Shown in pieces: positions 9,779-20,500 of a stretch of DNA of 64,000 bases; within the stretch, counting starts at the first letter, position 1, and each line of letters starts with the position of its first letter. Both the position numbers and the translations under genes were made by a program. The notes under the pieces are model-generated. The model searched no databases, was not told where the DNA came from, and saw only the letters and a list, made by a program, of their open reading frames with translations. The DNA is taken from contig CAZUGH010000002.1 in NCBI GenBank assembly GCA_964619785.1, positions 11,355 to 75,354 on the forward strand, written 5' to 3'. This DNA is from an uncultured Lachnospiraceae bacterium (lineage in GTDB: Bacteria > Bacillota > Clostridia > Lachnospirales > Lachnospiraceae).

Positions 9779-11128
9779 ATGAAATATTTTGGAACAGATG
9801 GTTTCCGCGGTGAAGCCAATGTAGACTTAAGAGTAGATCACGCCTACAAGGTAGGTCGTTTTTTGGGAAATTATTATAAAAAAGATGGTCACAAAGTGAA
9901 AGTGGCTATCGGCAAGGACACGAGAAGATCAAGTTATATGTTCGAGACAGCATTAGCAGCAGGACTGACTGCGAGTGGAGCAGATGTATTCCAGTTGCAT
10001 GTTACACCGACGCCAAGTGTTTCTTATGTGGTACGTACAGAAGGTTTTGATTGTGGTATCATGATTTCAGCGAGTCACAATCCATTTTATGATAATGGAA
10101 TCAAGGTGATTAATGGGGAAGGTTATAAGCTTGAACCGGAAGTCGAAGAGAAGATTGAAGCCTATATTGATGGAACGACAGAAGAGATTCCATTAGCAAA
10201 ACGTGCTGATATCGGAAGTGTTACTGATTTTTCTGTAGGACGTAATCGCTATATCGGTTATCTGATGTCATTGGCATCTCGTTCTTTTAAGAATAAGACA
10301 GTTGCTCTTGATTTGTCCAATGGATCTGCTTCAAGTGTGGCAAAAGGTGTATTTGATGCATTGGGTGCGAAGACGCTTGTTATCAATAGTGAGCCAAATG
10401 GTGTGAATATTAATAAGGATTGTGGTTCTACTCATATTGAAGTTCTGCAGAAGTTTGTAAAAGAGACAGGAGCCGATGTGGGATTTGCCTATGATGGTGA
10501 TGCCGACCGCTGCTTGGCAGTGGATGATAAAGGCGAGATTGTAGATGGTGACCATATTTTATACCTATGTGGTACATATCTTAAGGATAAAGGTGAACTG
10601 AATAATGATACCGTTGTTACAACGATTATGAGTAACATGGGATTATATAAAGCATTTGATGCAGCTGGTGTTCGCTATGAGAAGACAGCAGTTGGAGATA
10701 AGTATGTATGCGAGAACATGATGCAGAATAATCATTCTCTCGGTGGAGAACAGTCTGGGCACATCATTTTCAGTAAATATGCAGTAACAGGTGATGGTAT
10801 TCTAACATCCCTTATGATTATGGAAGTGATTCAGGAGATGAAGCGACCATTATCAGAATTGATGACAGGCCTTCACATTTATCCACAGTTATTGGTGAAT
10901 GTAAAAGTGAAAGACAAAGCAGCAGCTAGAGAAGATAAGGATGTCAAAGCGATTGCGAAAGAAGTAGAGGAAAAGCTTGGAGACGAGGGAAGACTTCTTC
11001 TTCGTGAAAGCGGAACAGAACCATTGGTTCGTGTTATGGTAGAGGCAGAGACCGATGCTATTTGCAAGACTTGTACCGATAAGGTGGTTGCTGTTTTGAG
11101 AGATAAAGGACACGTTGTTGAAGAGTGA
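9779..11128 (+). CDS. glmM: Phosphoglucosamine mutase
   Basis: MKYFGTDGFRG, phosphoserine loop SASHNPFYDNGIK, DGDADR, GGEQSGH. ATG 9779 follows GGAGGGA; 9767 is the longest ORF. Confidence 0.92.
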   Translation: MKYFGTDGFRGEANVDLRVDHAYKVGRFLGNYYKKDGHKVKVAIGKDTRRSSYMFETALAAGLTASGADVFQLHVTPTPSVSYVVRTEGFDCGIMISASHNPFYDNGIKVINGEGYKLEPEVEEKIEAYIDGTTEEIPLAKRADIGSVTDFSVGRNRYIGYLMSLASRSFKNKTVALDLSNGSASSVAKGVFDALGAKTLVINSEPNGVNINKDCGSTHIEVLQKFVKETGADVGFAYDGDADRCLAVDDKGEIVDGDHILYLCGTYLKDKGELNNDTVVTTIMSNMGLYKAFDAAGVRYEKTAVGDKYVCENMMQNNHSLGGEQSGHIIFSKYAVTGDGILTSLMIMEVIQEMKRPLSELMTGLHIYPQLLVNVKVKDKAAAREDKDVKAIAKEVEEKLGDEGRLLLRESGTEPLVRVMVEAETDAICKTCTDKVVAVLRDKGHVVEE

Positions 11129-11143
11129 TTTTGGAGGTAGCAT

Positions 11144-12283
11144 ATGAAAGGTGCTTTTTACACAGGTAAATATCGCAATGTATTTGCAGAATGTGGATAT
11201 TCCCAAGCAGAGATTGACCAGAAGTTGAAGGATTGTTTTCATACATGTTTTTATGATCCGGACGAACGTTTTTATTTTGAAGCGGATGATGATATGGGAT
11301 ATTTTGAAGACACAGGTAATCACGATGTGCGGACAGAAGGCATGTCTTATGCGATGATGATGTGTGTCCAGATGAATATGAAGGAAGAGTTTGATCGTGT
11401 CTGGAAGTGGACAAGAACTTACATGTACATGGAAGATGGCTATAATAAAGGCTACTTTGCATGGTCATGTCAGACCGATGGCAAGAAAAATGATTACGGT
11501 CCAGCACCAGATGGAGAAGAATTCTTTGCGATGTCACTGTTCTTTGCTTCCCATAGATGGGGCGATGGAGAAGGCATTTTCAATTATTCTGCTCAAGCAA
11601 GACAGATTTTACATGATTGTATACATAATGGAGTAGATCGACTAGGAGACCCAATCTGGGATCCGGACAATTACTTGATTAAGTTTATCCCATCTTGTGA
11701 TTGGAGTGATCCAAGTTACCACTGTGCACATTTCTATGAGCTGTTCGCTATGTGGGCAGAAGAAGAGGATCGTCCATTTTTTAAGAAGGCTGCGATGGCA
11801 AGTCGTGAGTATCTAAAGATGTCATGTCATCCGAAGACTGGTATGTCGGCAGAGTATGCATATTATAATGGTAAGCCTTTTGAGAAACACCGGGAACAAT
11901 TCGGTGGACGTCATGACTGGTTCTATAGTGATGCATATCGAACCGGTGCCAATATCGGTCTTGATTATGAATGGTTTGCACAGGATGATTGGAGCGTTGA
12001 GAATAATAACAAACTACAACAATTCTTCATGGATACTCATAAAGATGAGGAGTTCAAGATTTATGAGATTGATGGCAGGGTGATTGATCAGCCAGCACTT
12101 CATCCCGTGGCGATTATTGCTACGTTAGCACAATGCTCACTGTCTGCAGACGGACCATTTGCCAAAGAGTGTGTAGAACGTTTTTGGAATACCCCTCTTC
12201 GTAAAGGTGACAGAAGATACTATGACAACTGCCTGTATCTATTTGCCTTAATTGCATTGAGTGGAAATTATAGAATTTGGTAG
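11144..12283 (+). CDS. Glycoside hydrolase family 8, cytoplasmic (reducing-end xylose-releasing exo-oligoxylanase-like)
   Basis: No signal peptide. GH8-like catalytic Glu region RTEGMSYAMM. The size matches Rex8A-type enzymes. Call rests on recalled motifs only. Confidence 0.7.
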   Translation: MKGAFYTGKYRNVFAECGYSQAEIDQKLKDCFHTCFYDPDERFYFEADDDMGYFEDTGNHDVRTEGMSYAMMMCVQMNMKEEFDRVWKWTRTYMYMEDGYNKGYFAWSCQTDGKKNDYGPAPDGEEFFAMSLFFASHRWGDGEGIFNYSAQARQILHDCIHNGVDRLGDPIWDPDNYLIKFIPSCDWSDPSYHCAHFYELFAMWAEEEDRPFFKKAAMASREYLKMSCHPKTGMSAEYAYYNGKPFEKHREQFGGRHDWFYSDAYRTGANIGLDYEWFAQDDWSVENNNKLQQFFMDTHKDEEFKIYEIDGRVIDQPALHPVAIIATLAQCSLSADGPFAKECVERFWNTPLRKGDRRYYDNCLYLFALIALSGNYRIW

Positions 12284-12322
12284 TATAAGAAAAATAAAAT
12301 GGGAAAAACTCCAACCAAATGG

Positions 12323-12351
12323 TTTACATTGGCAAAAGTATATAGTATACT
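12323..12351 (+). promoter_or_regulatory. Putative sigma-A promoter of tig
   Basis: TTTACA, 17-nt spacer, TATACT, about 65 nt upstream of the tig ATG. Confidence 0.4.
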
Positions 12352-12417
12352 GTTAGTTTGGGGATACTTGCCCTTTTATATAGAAAACATAATAGTAGAA
12401 ATTTGGAGGAAAATTAA

Positions 12418-13731
12418 ATGAGTTACAAAGTTGAGAATCTTGAGAACAGTTTGGTGAAGTTGACAATCGAAGTTGGCGCAGATGAATTTGAGAAAGCAAT
12501 GGAGAAGTCATATCACAAGAATAAAGGTAAGATGGCAATTCAGGGATTCCGTAAAGGAAAAGCCCCACGTAAGATGCTTGAGAAGATGTATGGACCAGAA
12601 GTATTCTATGAGGATGCAGCGAATTTCATTATTCCTGAGGCATATGAAGAAGCAGCTAAGGATAGTAAGCTTGAGATTGTAGCTCGTCCTGACATTGATG
12701 TTACTGAGATTGGTAAGGACAAGCCTTTTGTGTTTACAGCTACCGTTGCGGTTAAACCAGAAGTTACACTTGGTGATTATAAGGGATTAGAAGTAACCAA
12801 GAAGGAAGTTAAGATTATGGCAGCTGATGTCAATGCTGAGATTGACAAGGTTCGCGAGCTGAATTCCAGAATGGTTACCGTAGAGCGTGCCATTAAGAAG
12901 AATGATATCGCAGTGATTGACTTTGAAGGTTTTGTAGATGGCGAACCATTCGAAGGCGGCAAAGCTGAGAATCATCAGTTAACAATTGGAAGTCATTCTT
13001 TCATCGATACATTCGAAGATCAGTTAGTTGGTAAGAAGACTGGTGAAGAAGTAGAAGTGAATGTAACATTCCCAGAAGAGTATCATGCTGAAGAGCTCAA
13101 AGGCAAACCAGCATTATTCAAAGTAACAATTAAAGAAGTTAAAGAAAAAGAGATGCCTAAGGCTGATGATGAGTTTGCTAGTGAAGTTTCTGAATTTGAA
13201 ACACTTAAAGAGTACAAAGCAAGCATCAAGAAGGATTTGACCGAGAAGGCTAAACAGGCTGCTAAGACGGAGAAGGAAAATGAAGTTGTAGAGAAGGCTG
13301 TTGCAAATGCGAAGATGGAGATTCCTGAACCAATGATTAACGAACAGATTAATCAGATGACACAGGAATTTGCAAGTAGACTTCAGCAGCAGGGTATCAA
13401 CTTTGAACAGTATATGCAGTTGACAGGTATGGATTCTGCTAAGTTCATCGAGCAGATGAAGCCAGAGGCAGTGAAGAGAATTCAGACAAGACTTACACTT
13501 GAAGCAATCGTTAAGGCTGAGAAGATCAAAGCAACTGCTAAGGACATTGAGAAAGAGATCGAAAATATGGCTTCTATGTACCAGATGGAAGTTGAGAAGA
13601 TTAAAGAGATTATCGGCGAAGATGAGAAAGAACAGATTGGTGCTGACATGGCAGTTCAGAAGGCTGTTGACTTCTTGATTAAGGAAGCAGTTGAAGTAGA
13701 AGCAAAAGAAGAGAAAAAAGACGAAGAGTAA
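12418..13731 (+). CDS. tig: Trigger factor
   Basis: Ribosome-binding motif QGFRKGKAP, central FKBP-type PPIase, immediately upstream of clpP-clpX. Confidence 0.92.
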   Translation: MSYKVENLENSLVKLTIEVGADEFEKAMEKSYHKNKGKMAIQGFRKGKAPRKMLEKMYGPEVFYEDAANFIIPEAYEEAAKDSKLEIVARPDIDVTEIGKDKPFVFTATVAVKPEVTLGDYKGLEVTKKEVKIMAADVNAEIDKVRELNSRMVTVERAIKKNDIAVIDFEGFVDGEPFEGGKAENHQLTIGSHSFIDTFEDQLVGKKTGEEVEVNVTFPEEYHAEELKGKPALFKVTIKEVKEKEMPKADDEFASEVSEFETLKEYKASIKKDLTEKAKQAAKTEKENEVVEKAVANAKMEIPEPMINEQINQMTQEFASRLQQQGINFEQYMQLTGMDSAKFIEQMKPEAVKRIQTRLTLEAIVKAEKIKATAKDIEKEIENMASMYQMEVEKIKEIIGEDEKEQIGADMAVQKAVDFLIKEAVEVEAKEEKKDEE

Positions 13732-13798
13732 TCATATAAGAGTATAATTGGAGAAGGACTTTTTCGTAAGTCCTTCTTTAAGAAATGGAGGGAATAAC

Positions 13799-14386
13799 AT
13801 GGCATTAGTACCTTACGTCATTGAACAGACAAGTCGCGGAGGCGAGCGTTCATATGACATTTATTCACGTTTATTAAAGGAGAGAATTATTTTCCTAGGA
13901 GAAGAAGTGTCTGACGCTTCTGCTAGTGTAATTGTTGCACAGTTACTTTTCCTTGAGTCTGAGGATCCGAATAAGGATATCAGCTTATACATCAACAGCC
14001 CTGGTGGTTCTGTAACAGCAGGTATGGCTATCTATGACACAATGAATTATATCAAGTGTGATGTTTCTACAATTTGTATTGGTATGGCAGCTAGTATGGG
14101 AGCATTTTTGCTTTCTAGTGGTGCGAAAGGGAAACGTTTTGCATTACCAAATGCTGAAGTTATGATTCATCAGCCATCTGGTGGAGCAAAAGGACAGGCA
14201 ACAGAGATTCAGATTGTGGCAGAAGAGATTTTGAAGACAAAGAAAAAGTTAAATGAGATTTTGGCTGCTAATACAGGCAAGCCAGTTGATGTAATCGCAC
14301 AGGATACAGAGCGCGACAACTACTTAACAGCAGAAGAAGCCAAGGAATATGGCTTAATTGATGAAGTTATGATAAATCGTAAATAA
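13799..14386 (+). CDS. clpP: ATP-dependent Clp protease proteolytic subunit
   Basis: [26 protein letters not shown]-terminus, GMAASMGA (Ser), MIHQP (His). GGAGGGA RBS before ATG 13799. Confidence 0.95.
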   Translation: MALVPYVIEQTSRGGERSYDIYSRLLKERIIFLGEEVSDASASVIVAQLLFLESEDPNKDISLYINSPGGSVTAGMAIYDTMNYIKCDVSTICIGMAASMGAFLLSSGAKGKRFALPNAEVMIHQPSGGAKGQATEIQIVAEEILKTKKKLNEILAANTGKPVDVIAQDTERDNYLTAEEAKEYGLIDEVMINRK

Positions 14387-14422
14387 GTTTTGTGGAGGGA
14401 AAATCTCGCCTAAGGCGAGTGA

Positions 14423-15712
14423 ATGAATATGGCAAATCGAAATGATGATGAAGTATTGCGATGCTCATTTTGTGGTAAAACAGAGGATCAGGTTCGCAAA
14501 TTAGTGGCAGGCCCGAAAGGGGTATTCATCTGTGATGAATGTGTTGACATCTGCAGCGAGATTATTGATGAATCTGTACAGAGTGAGTATGGTAGCGATG
14601 CAGAAGAGATTGAGATTAATCTTCTAAAGCCAAAAGAAATTAAAGAATTTCTCGACGAGTATGTAATCGGTCAGGATGAAGCAAAGCGTGCTTTGGCTGT
14701 ATCTGTTTACAATCATTATAAGAGAATTATGTCAGGTGCAGATTTGGGCGATGTTGAGATTCAAAAGAGTAACATCATTATGGTCGGACCGACTGGTTCT
14801 GGTAAGACGTACTTAGCGCAGACACTTGCTAAACTGTTGAATGTACCATTTGCAATTGCAGATGCTACGACACTGACAGAGGCAGGTTATGTAGGTGAGG
14901 ATGTTGAGAATATTTTATTGAAGATTATTCAGGCAGCAGATTATGATATAGATCGTGCAGAGCATGGCATTATCTATATTGATGAGATTGATAAAATTAC
15001 GAAGAAGTCCGAGAATGCTTCGATTACAAGAGATGTGTCTGGCGAAGGTGTTCAACAGGCATTACTTAAGATTCTAGAAGGAACTGAGGCTAGTGTGCCA
15101 CCACAAGGTGGAAGAAAGCATCCTCAGCAAGAATTTTTCCATATTGATACGACAAATATTTTGTTTATCTGTGGTGGAGCTTTTGATGGTCTTGATAAGA
15201 TTATTAGTTCGCGTATCGGTAAAAAGTCAATTGGATTTAATGCAGAACTAGCAGATACAGAGAAGTATGATATTGGGGAACTGTTTAAGCAGGTTTTACC
15301 TCAAGATTTTGTGAAATATGGTATTATTCCAGAGTTCGTAGGACGTGTTCCTGTTGCAGTGGGACTTGACCTATTAGATGAGGAGGCGCTTTCTCGTATT
15401 TTGAAGGAGCCTAAAAATTCTATTGTGAAGCAGTATCAGAAGCTGTTTGAGCTAGATGGTGTTCGTCTGTCATTTACAGATGATGCAGTTCTAGCAATTG
15501 CTCATCAGTCATTTGAACGTAAGACGGGTGCTAGAGGTCTTCGTTCGATTATGGAGATGGCGATGATGGATTACATGTATGAACTTCCATCGGATGAGAC
15601 AGTGAAAGAGTGCGTCATTACCGAGGATGTTATTCTAGGTAAAGGAAAACCAGAGTATACCTTGTATGAAGATATTAAAAAGCCAAAGAAGATAAAAGGC
15701 GAAAGTGCATAG
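14423..15712 (+). CDS. clpX: ATP-dependent Clp protease ATP-binding subunit ClpX
   Basis: Zinc ribbon CSFCGK...CDEC, Walker A GPTGSGKT, Walker [10 protein letters not shown]. Confidence 0.95.
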   Translation: MNMANRNDDEVLRCSFCGKTEDQVRKLVAGPKGVFICDECVDICSEIIDESVQSEYGSDAEEIEINLLKPKEIKEFLDEYVIGQDEAKRALAVSVYNHYKRIMSGADLGDVEIQKSNIIMVGPTGSGKTYLAQTLAKLLNVPFAIADATTLTEAGYVGEDVENILLKIIQAADYDIDRAEHGIIYIDEIDKITKKSENASITRDVSGEGVQQALLKILEGTEASVPPQGGRKHPQQEFFHIDTTNILFICGGAFDGLDKIISSRIGKKSIGFNAELADTEKYDIGELFKQVLPQDFVKYGIIPEFVGRVPVAVGLDLLDEEALSRILKEPKNSIVKQYQKLFELDGVRLSFTDDAVLAIAHQSFERKTGARGLRSIMEMAMMDYMYELPSDETVKECVITEDVILGKGKPEYTLYEDIKKPKKIKGESA

Positions 15713-15741
15713 AATTAAATGATACGGATTGTTCCGTGAGC

Positions 15742-15774
15742 GGCGCGAGTGCAAGACAGGACTCGCGCCTTTTC
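15742..15774 (+). terminator. Intrinsic terminator after clpX
   Basis: 9-bp GC-rich stem GGCGCGAGT / ACTCGCGCC, 10-nt loop, then TTTT. It lies inside the 5-prime extension of the listed lon ORF. Confidence 0.6.
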
Positions 15775-15801
15775 CAAATCAATAATGAAACGAAGGAGGA
15801 G

Positions 15802-18144
15802 ATTCAGATAGAGAGTCAGATTAAGACATTGCCAATTATTGCTCTACGAGGCATGACAGTGTTACCTGGTATGCTGATACATTTTGATATAAGTCGGGAA
15901 ATGACTTTGGCAGCAGTGAATGAAGCCATGGCAGGAGATCGATATGTATTTGTTACCAGCCAGAAGGATCCCGATATGGAGAAGCCTTCTTACTATGATT
16001 TGTTAGAAGTGGGAGTCATTGCGAAGATTAAGCAGATTGTGAAGTTGCAAGATAATATGATGCGTATTATGATTTCATCTAAGGTACGAGGAACGATGAT
16101 TTCTATGTCTCAGACAAGTCCATTTTTGCTTGGGGATATCACACCTTATGAGCCTACTTCGGAGCAGGTGCGAGATGAACTTGACGAGATGGATATGAAG
16201 GAGCGAGAAGCCGCTCTTCGTTATGTGAAGGAACTCTATGCATCTTATATGGTAGAGAATCCGAAAGCAGGAAAATCGGTCTATGATCGAATTCAGAAGG
16301 AAACAGACTTAGGAAGATTATTAGACTTAGTAGGAATGCATCTTCCGATAACGATGGAACGCAGGCAGGATTTGTTAGAGTGCTTTTCAATTCCTAAGAG
16401 ATATGAGGTACTGAGTAAGCTTCTTGCCAACGAAATACAGATTGCAAAGATTAAGGAAGAATATAAGTCGCGCGTCAAGGAAGAGGTTGAGAAGAACCAG
16501 AAGGATTATTTCTTGCGTGAGCAAATGAAAGTGATTCGAGACGAACTAGGTGATACACAGAGTCCGGAGGAGGATCATGATAAATACCTAGCGAAATTAA
16601 ATCAGCTTGAATGTAGTCAGGATGTATATGACAAGATTAAAGAAGAGATTCAGAGACTGAATTCATTAGGAACGAGTTCTTCGGAGTATAATGTGGCAAG
16701 GGGCTATGTGGAGACTTTATTAGACCTTCCATGGAATCATATGAGCCAGGATAATCAGAATCTGAGTAATGCAAAATATATATTAGACGAGGATCATTAT
16801 GGTCTTGAAAAAGTGAAGGAACGTATTCTTGAATTCCTGGCAGTTAGGACGTTGACAGGAAAGGGTGAGAGCCCAATCGTATGTCTTGTTGGTCCACCGG
16901 GTACAGGTAAAACTTCGATAGCGCGTTCCATAGCACGTGCGCTTGAGAAGGAATATGTTCGTATCTGTCTCGGAGGTGTGCGTGACGAGGCGGAGATTCG
17001 TGGACATCGTCGTACTTATGTGGGTGCGATGCCAGGAAGGCTGATTGCCGGTATTAAGAAGGCGAAAGTGAAGAACCCATTGATTCTACTTGATGAGATT
17101 GATAAGGTAAGTAACGATTATAAGGGCGACACATCATCTGCCTTGTTAGAAGTACTTGACCCGGAGCAGAATCGAAATTTTATTGATCATTATGTGGAAT
17201 TACCAGTGGATTTATCGGAAGTATTATTCCTATGTACGGCAAACTCGGTTGAGACAATTCCAAGACCGTTACTTGATCGTATGGAGATGATTGAACTTTC
17301 AGGCTATACAGAGAACGAAAAATATCATATCGGAAAGCAATATCTGATACCAAAGCAGTTAGAACGTAACGGGCTCAGTGCGAAAGAAGTATCCATTCAT
17401 GCAAGTGCGCTTCGACGTATGATTTCTGCTTATACTAGAGAAGCTGGCGTACGAGGTTTAGAACGTCAAGTGGGTAAAATCTGTCGTAAGGCAGCAAAGC
17501 AAGTGGTTGATGGCGAGACAGAGAAGATTAAAGTAACGACTAAGAATCTAGAAGAATATCTAGGCAAAGAAAAATATAGCATTAATCTAAAGAATGAAAA
17601 AGATGAGGTCGGTGTCGTTCGTGGTTTGGCGTGGACTAGCGTCGGGGGCGATACGCTTGAGATTGAAGTTAATATTCTATCGGGTGATGGCAAATTAGAA
17701 TTGACAGGACAGCTTGGTGATGTCATGAAGGAATCTGCGCAAATCGCATTAACTTATGTGAGAAGCTTAGAGAACAAACATGGTAGAGATGGTGAGTATT
17801 TCTCCAAACATGATATACATCTTCATGTGCCTGAGGGAGCTGTGCCAAAAGATGGCCCATCTGCTGGTGTGACGATGGCGACAGCAATATATTCTGCCGT
17901 TACTGGTAAACGTGTCCGTCGAGATGTGGCGATGACAGGAGAAATCACATTGCGTGGTCGTGTATTACCGATTGGTGGATTAAAGGAAAAATTACTGGCT
18001 GCCAAGATTGCAGGAATGAAGGATATCTTTGTCCCAATCAAGAATCAGCCAGATGTAGAGGAACTTGACCAAGAGATTACAGAAGGATTAAAGATTCATT
18101 ATGTAACTCATGCAGACCAGATTTTTACGGAAGTCATGGAGTAA
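15802..18144 (+). CDS. lon: Lon protease (LonA); start codon uncertain
   Basis: LPIIALRGMTVLPGM N-domain, Walker A GPPGTGKTS, LLDEIDK, protease Ser PKDGPSAGVTM. The longest ORF starts at GTG 15736 but contains the clpX terminator. AAGGAGGAG sits at 15793-15801. In-frame candidates are ATT 15802, ATA 15808 and TTG 15829. Confidence 0.88.
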   Translation: MQIESQIKTLPIIALRGMTVLPGMLIHFDISREMTLAAVNEAMAGDRYVFVTSQKDPDMEKPSYYDLLEVGVIAKIKQIVKLQDNMMRIMISSKVRGTMISMSQTSPFLLGDITPYEPTSEQVRDELDEMDMKEREAALRYVKELYASYMVENPKAGKSVYDRIQKETDLGRLLDLVGMHLPITMERRQDLLECFSIPKRYEVLSKLLANEIQIAKIKEEYKSRVKEEVEKNQKDYFLREQMKVIRDELGDTQSPEEDHDKYLAKLNQLECSQDVYDKIKEEIQRLNSLGTSSSEYNVARGYVETLLDLPWNHMSQDNQNLSNAKYILDEDHYGLEKVKERILEFLAVRTLTGKGESPIVCLVGPPGTGKTSIARSIARALEKEYVRICLGGVRDEAEIRGHRRTYVGAMPGRLIAGIKKAKVKNPLILLDEIDKVSNDYKGDTSSALLEVLDPEQNRNFIDHYVELPVDLSEVLFLCTANSVETIPRPLLDRMEMIELSGYTENEKYHIGKQYLIPKQLERNGLSAKEVSIHASALRRMISAYTREAGVRGLERQVGKICRKAAKQVVDGETEKIKVTTKNLEEYLGKEKYSINLKNEKDEVGVVRGLAWTSVGGDTLEIEVNILSGDGKLELTGQLGDVMKESAQIALTYVRSLENKHGRDGEYFSKHDIHLHVPEGAVPKDGPSAGVTMATAIYSAVTGKRVRRDVAMTGEITLRGRVLPIGGLKEKLLAAKIAGMKDIFVPIKNQPDVEELDQEITEGLKIHYVTHADQIFTEVME

Positions 18145-18154
18145 GGAGGAACTT

Positions 18155-18751
18155 GTGGTAATCAAATCATTAGAATTGGAAACGGTATGTGGAATCACAA
18201 GTACCCTTCCGGTTAACGACAAAATCGAATTGGCCTTTTGGGGCCGTTCCAATGTAGGTAAATCATCACTGATTAATACATTGATGAACCGCAAATCATT
18301 TGCCCGTATCTCATCACAGCCAGGTAAGACTCAGACCATCAATTACTATAATGTAAATGATGCTTGTTATCTGGTGGATTTGCCTGGTTATGGTTATGCG
18401 AAGGCATCCAAGGAAGTAGCAGAAAAATGGATGGTTATGATACGTAAGTACCTAAAAACTTCACAGGCACTTCGTGTTGTATTTCAGTTGGTTGATATTC
18501 GTCATGAGCCATCGAAGAAGGATGTTGAAGTCTATCACTTGTTGACAAAATTGGGCTTTAATCCGCTTATTATTGCCACGAAGTCAGATAAGGTAAGTCG
18601 CAATGAGAAGAATAAAAATCTCGCGTTGATTCGCAAGACATTGGGCCTGGTTGAGGATACTCCAATTATCCCATTCTCTGCGGTGAGCAAAGATGGCAAA
18701 GATGAGATTTGGGAATATGTAGATTATTTTGTCCAGGAACTTGGACTGTAG
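18155..18751 (+). CDS. engB: Ribosome biogenesis GTPase EngB/YsxC/YihA
   Basis: G1 GRSNVGKSSLIN, G3 DLPGYG, G4 TKSDK. GTG 18155 lies 6 nt after AAGGAGGA, just past the lon stop. Confidence 0.9.
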   Translation: MVIKSLELETVCGITSTLPVNDKIELAFWGRSNVGKSSLINTLMNRKSFARISSQPGKTQTINYYNVNDACYLVDLPGYGYAKASKEVAEKWMVMIRKYLKTSQALRVVFQLVDIRHEPSKKDVEVYHLLTKLGFNPLIIATKSDKVSRNEKNKNLALIRKTLGLVEDTPIIPFSAVSKDGKDEIWEYVDYFVQELGL

Positions 18752-18767
18752 AAAGGATGATACAATT

Positions 18768-19937
18768 ATGATAATTAAGCCAAAATCAAGAGGATTTATA
18801 TGTACAACAGCACATCCAACAGGATGTGAAGAGAGTGTTCGCAGACAGATTCAGTACGTAGAAGGTAAGGGAGCAATGAAGGGACCAAAGAAGGTTCTTG
18901 TTCTCGGTTCTTCGACTGGTTATGGACTGTCATCGCGTATTAGTGCCGCGTTTGGCTGTGGCGCAGATACATTAGGCGTTATGTTTGAAAAGGAGCCATC
19001 GGAGCGTCGTACGGCAACAGCAGGTTATTACAATACGAAGGCATTTGAGAAGTTTGCTAAGGAAAAAGGTCTGTATGCCAAGACAGTAAACGGCGATGCA
19101 TTTTCCCAGGAAATCAAAGACGAAGTAATCAAGATGATTAAAGAGGATATGGGTCAGGTAGACATGGTCGTATATAGTCTGGCTGCACCTAGAAGAACGG
19201 TTGCTGATGGAACAACATATTCTTCAGTACTTAAAACGATTGGCGACGAATTTGTAAATAAGAATATCGATTTATCAAAACGTGAAGTGACACAGGCCGC
19301 TATCCCACCAGCTACGGAGCAGGAGATTGCAGATACGGTCAAGGTCATGGGTGGTGAAGACTGGAGTGATTGGCTAAAAGCACTTGTAGCAGCTGATGCA
19401 ATCGCAGATGGCGCAATTACATTTGCATATTCCTACATTGGTTCAGAACTTACTTTCCCAATTTATCGTGATGGCTCAATTGGTCAAGCGAAGAAAGACC
19501 TTTATAAGACAGCAGATGATATCACAGCTACCTATAAGGACAAAGGGATTCGAGGCTTTGTATCCATCAATAAGGCTCTTGTAACACAGGCAAGTGCAGC
19601 AATTCCGGTTGTCCCACTCTATGTGACGATTCTGTATAAAATTATGAAAAAGCAGGGATTGCATGAAGGTTGTATCGAGCAGATTGACCGTTTGTTCCGT
19701 GATAAGCTACCAGCAGGACCAGAAGTTGACGAAGAAGGGCTCATTCGAATTGATGACTATGAGTTGCGTCCGGAGGTTCAGAAGGAAGTTATGGAAGTCT
19801 GGGATAAGATTTCCACAGAAAATATCGAAGAATATGCTGATATCGATGGATATTGGGAAGACTTCTTCCATATGTTTGGCTTTAACTATGATAATGTAGA
19901 TTACGAAGAAGATTTTGATTTATTGGCAACTAAATAA
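18768..19937 (+). CDS. fabV: Trans-2-enoyl-CoA / enoyl-ACP reductase (FabV/Ter family)
   Basis: The N-terminus MIIKPKSRGFICTTAHPTGC is diagnostic of FabV/Ter. GSSTGYGL dinucleotide loop. About 390 aa. Confidence 0.85.
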   Translation: MIIKPKSRGFICTTAHPTGCEESVRRQIQYVEGKGAMKGPKKVLVLGSSTGYGLSSRISAAFGCGADTLGVMFEKEPSERRTATAGYYNTKAFEKFAKEKGLYAKTVNGDAFSQEIKDEVIKMIKEDMGQVDMVVYSLAAPRRTVADGTTYSSVLKTIGDEFVNKNIDLSKREVTQAAIPPATEQEIADTVKVMGGEDWSDWLKALVAADAIADGAITFAYSYIGSELTFPIYRDGSIGQAKKDLYKTADDITATYKDKGIRGFVSINKALVTQASAAIPVVPLYVTILYKIMKKQGLHEGCIEQIDRLFRDKLPAGPEVDEEGLIRIDDYELRPEVQKEVMEVWDKISTENIEEYADIDGYWEDFFHMFGFNYDNVDYEEDFDLLATK

Positions 19938-19945
19938 TTGTTTTA

Positions 19946-19978
19946 TTAAAAAGGAGACCTCTCTAAGGTCTCCTTTTT
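19946..19978. terminator. Bidirectional intrinsic terminator between convergent genes
   Basis: AAGGAGACC-TCTCTAA-GGTCTCCTT hairpin flanked by an A-run and a T-run. Confidence 0.7.
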
Positions 19979-19984
19979 GGTGGC

Positions 19985-20500
19985 TTACAATAGTTCTCTT
20001 GCAAGATATTCGTAGATACCTTGTTGCTTTTCTTGAAAATGATTACATATTCCGATGGCCTCGTCTTCGGTTGTTGCACTGAGACTCACAGTTAATAGGG
20101 GAATTCCATTATCGTGGATGGAACACGTAGCTAGATATTCGCCGGTTTCTAGACGTTTATAGTCTGTCACTGTTGCCATCTCATCAAGGATGGAAAAGCG
20201 ATTTTCTTCTAGATAAGATATGATTTCGGTACGAATATCATTTGATAATTGTCCATAGAATAAACTGAGTGTCTCTTTGCCCGCATCGGTCAATGTGTAA
20301 TAGGTACTTTTGTATGTGGTCTTTGGCAGAATCAATTCAGCTTCTGTCAATTCCGAGAAAGCTTTCTGAATATTGAAATAATTCGTATAGCCTTTGTCCA
20401 AAATGTAATCTGAGATAATCTGATTTGTTAAAGGTGTGGAGACCTTTTCTAACATGAAGAGAATAATTAATTTATATAGTGTGTCTGGCTCGTTTGTCAT
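19985..20500 (-). CDS. DUF4364-like winged-helix protein
   Basis: TLYKLIILFMLEK...PLTN N-terminal wHTH pattern. The ATG overlaps the upstream stop (ATGA at 20497-20500). Confidence 0.65.
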   Translation of the reverse strand: MTNEPDTLYKLIILFMLEKVSTPLTNQIISDYILDKGYTNYFNIQKAFSELTEAELILPKTTYKSTYYTLTDAGKETLSLFYGQLSNDIRTEIISYLEENRFSILDEMATVTDYKRLETGEYLATCSIHDNGIPLLTVSLSATTEDEAIGICNHFQEKQQGIYEYLARELL

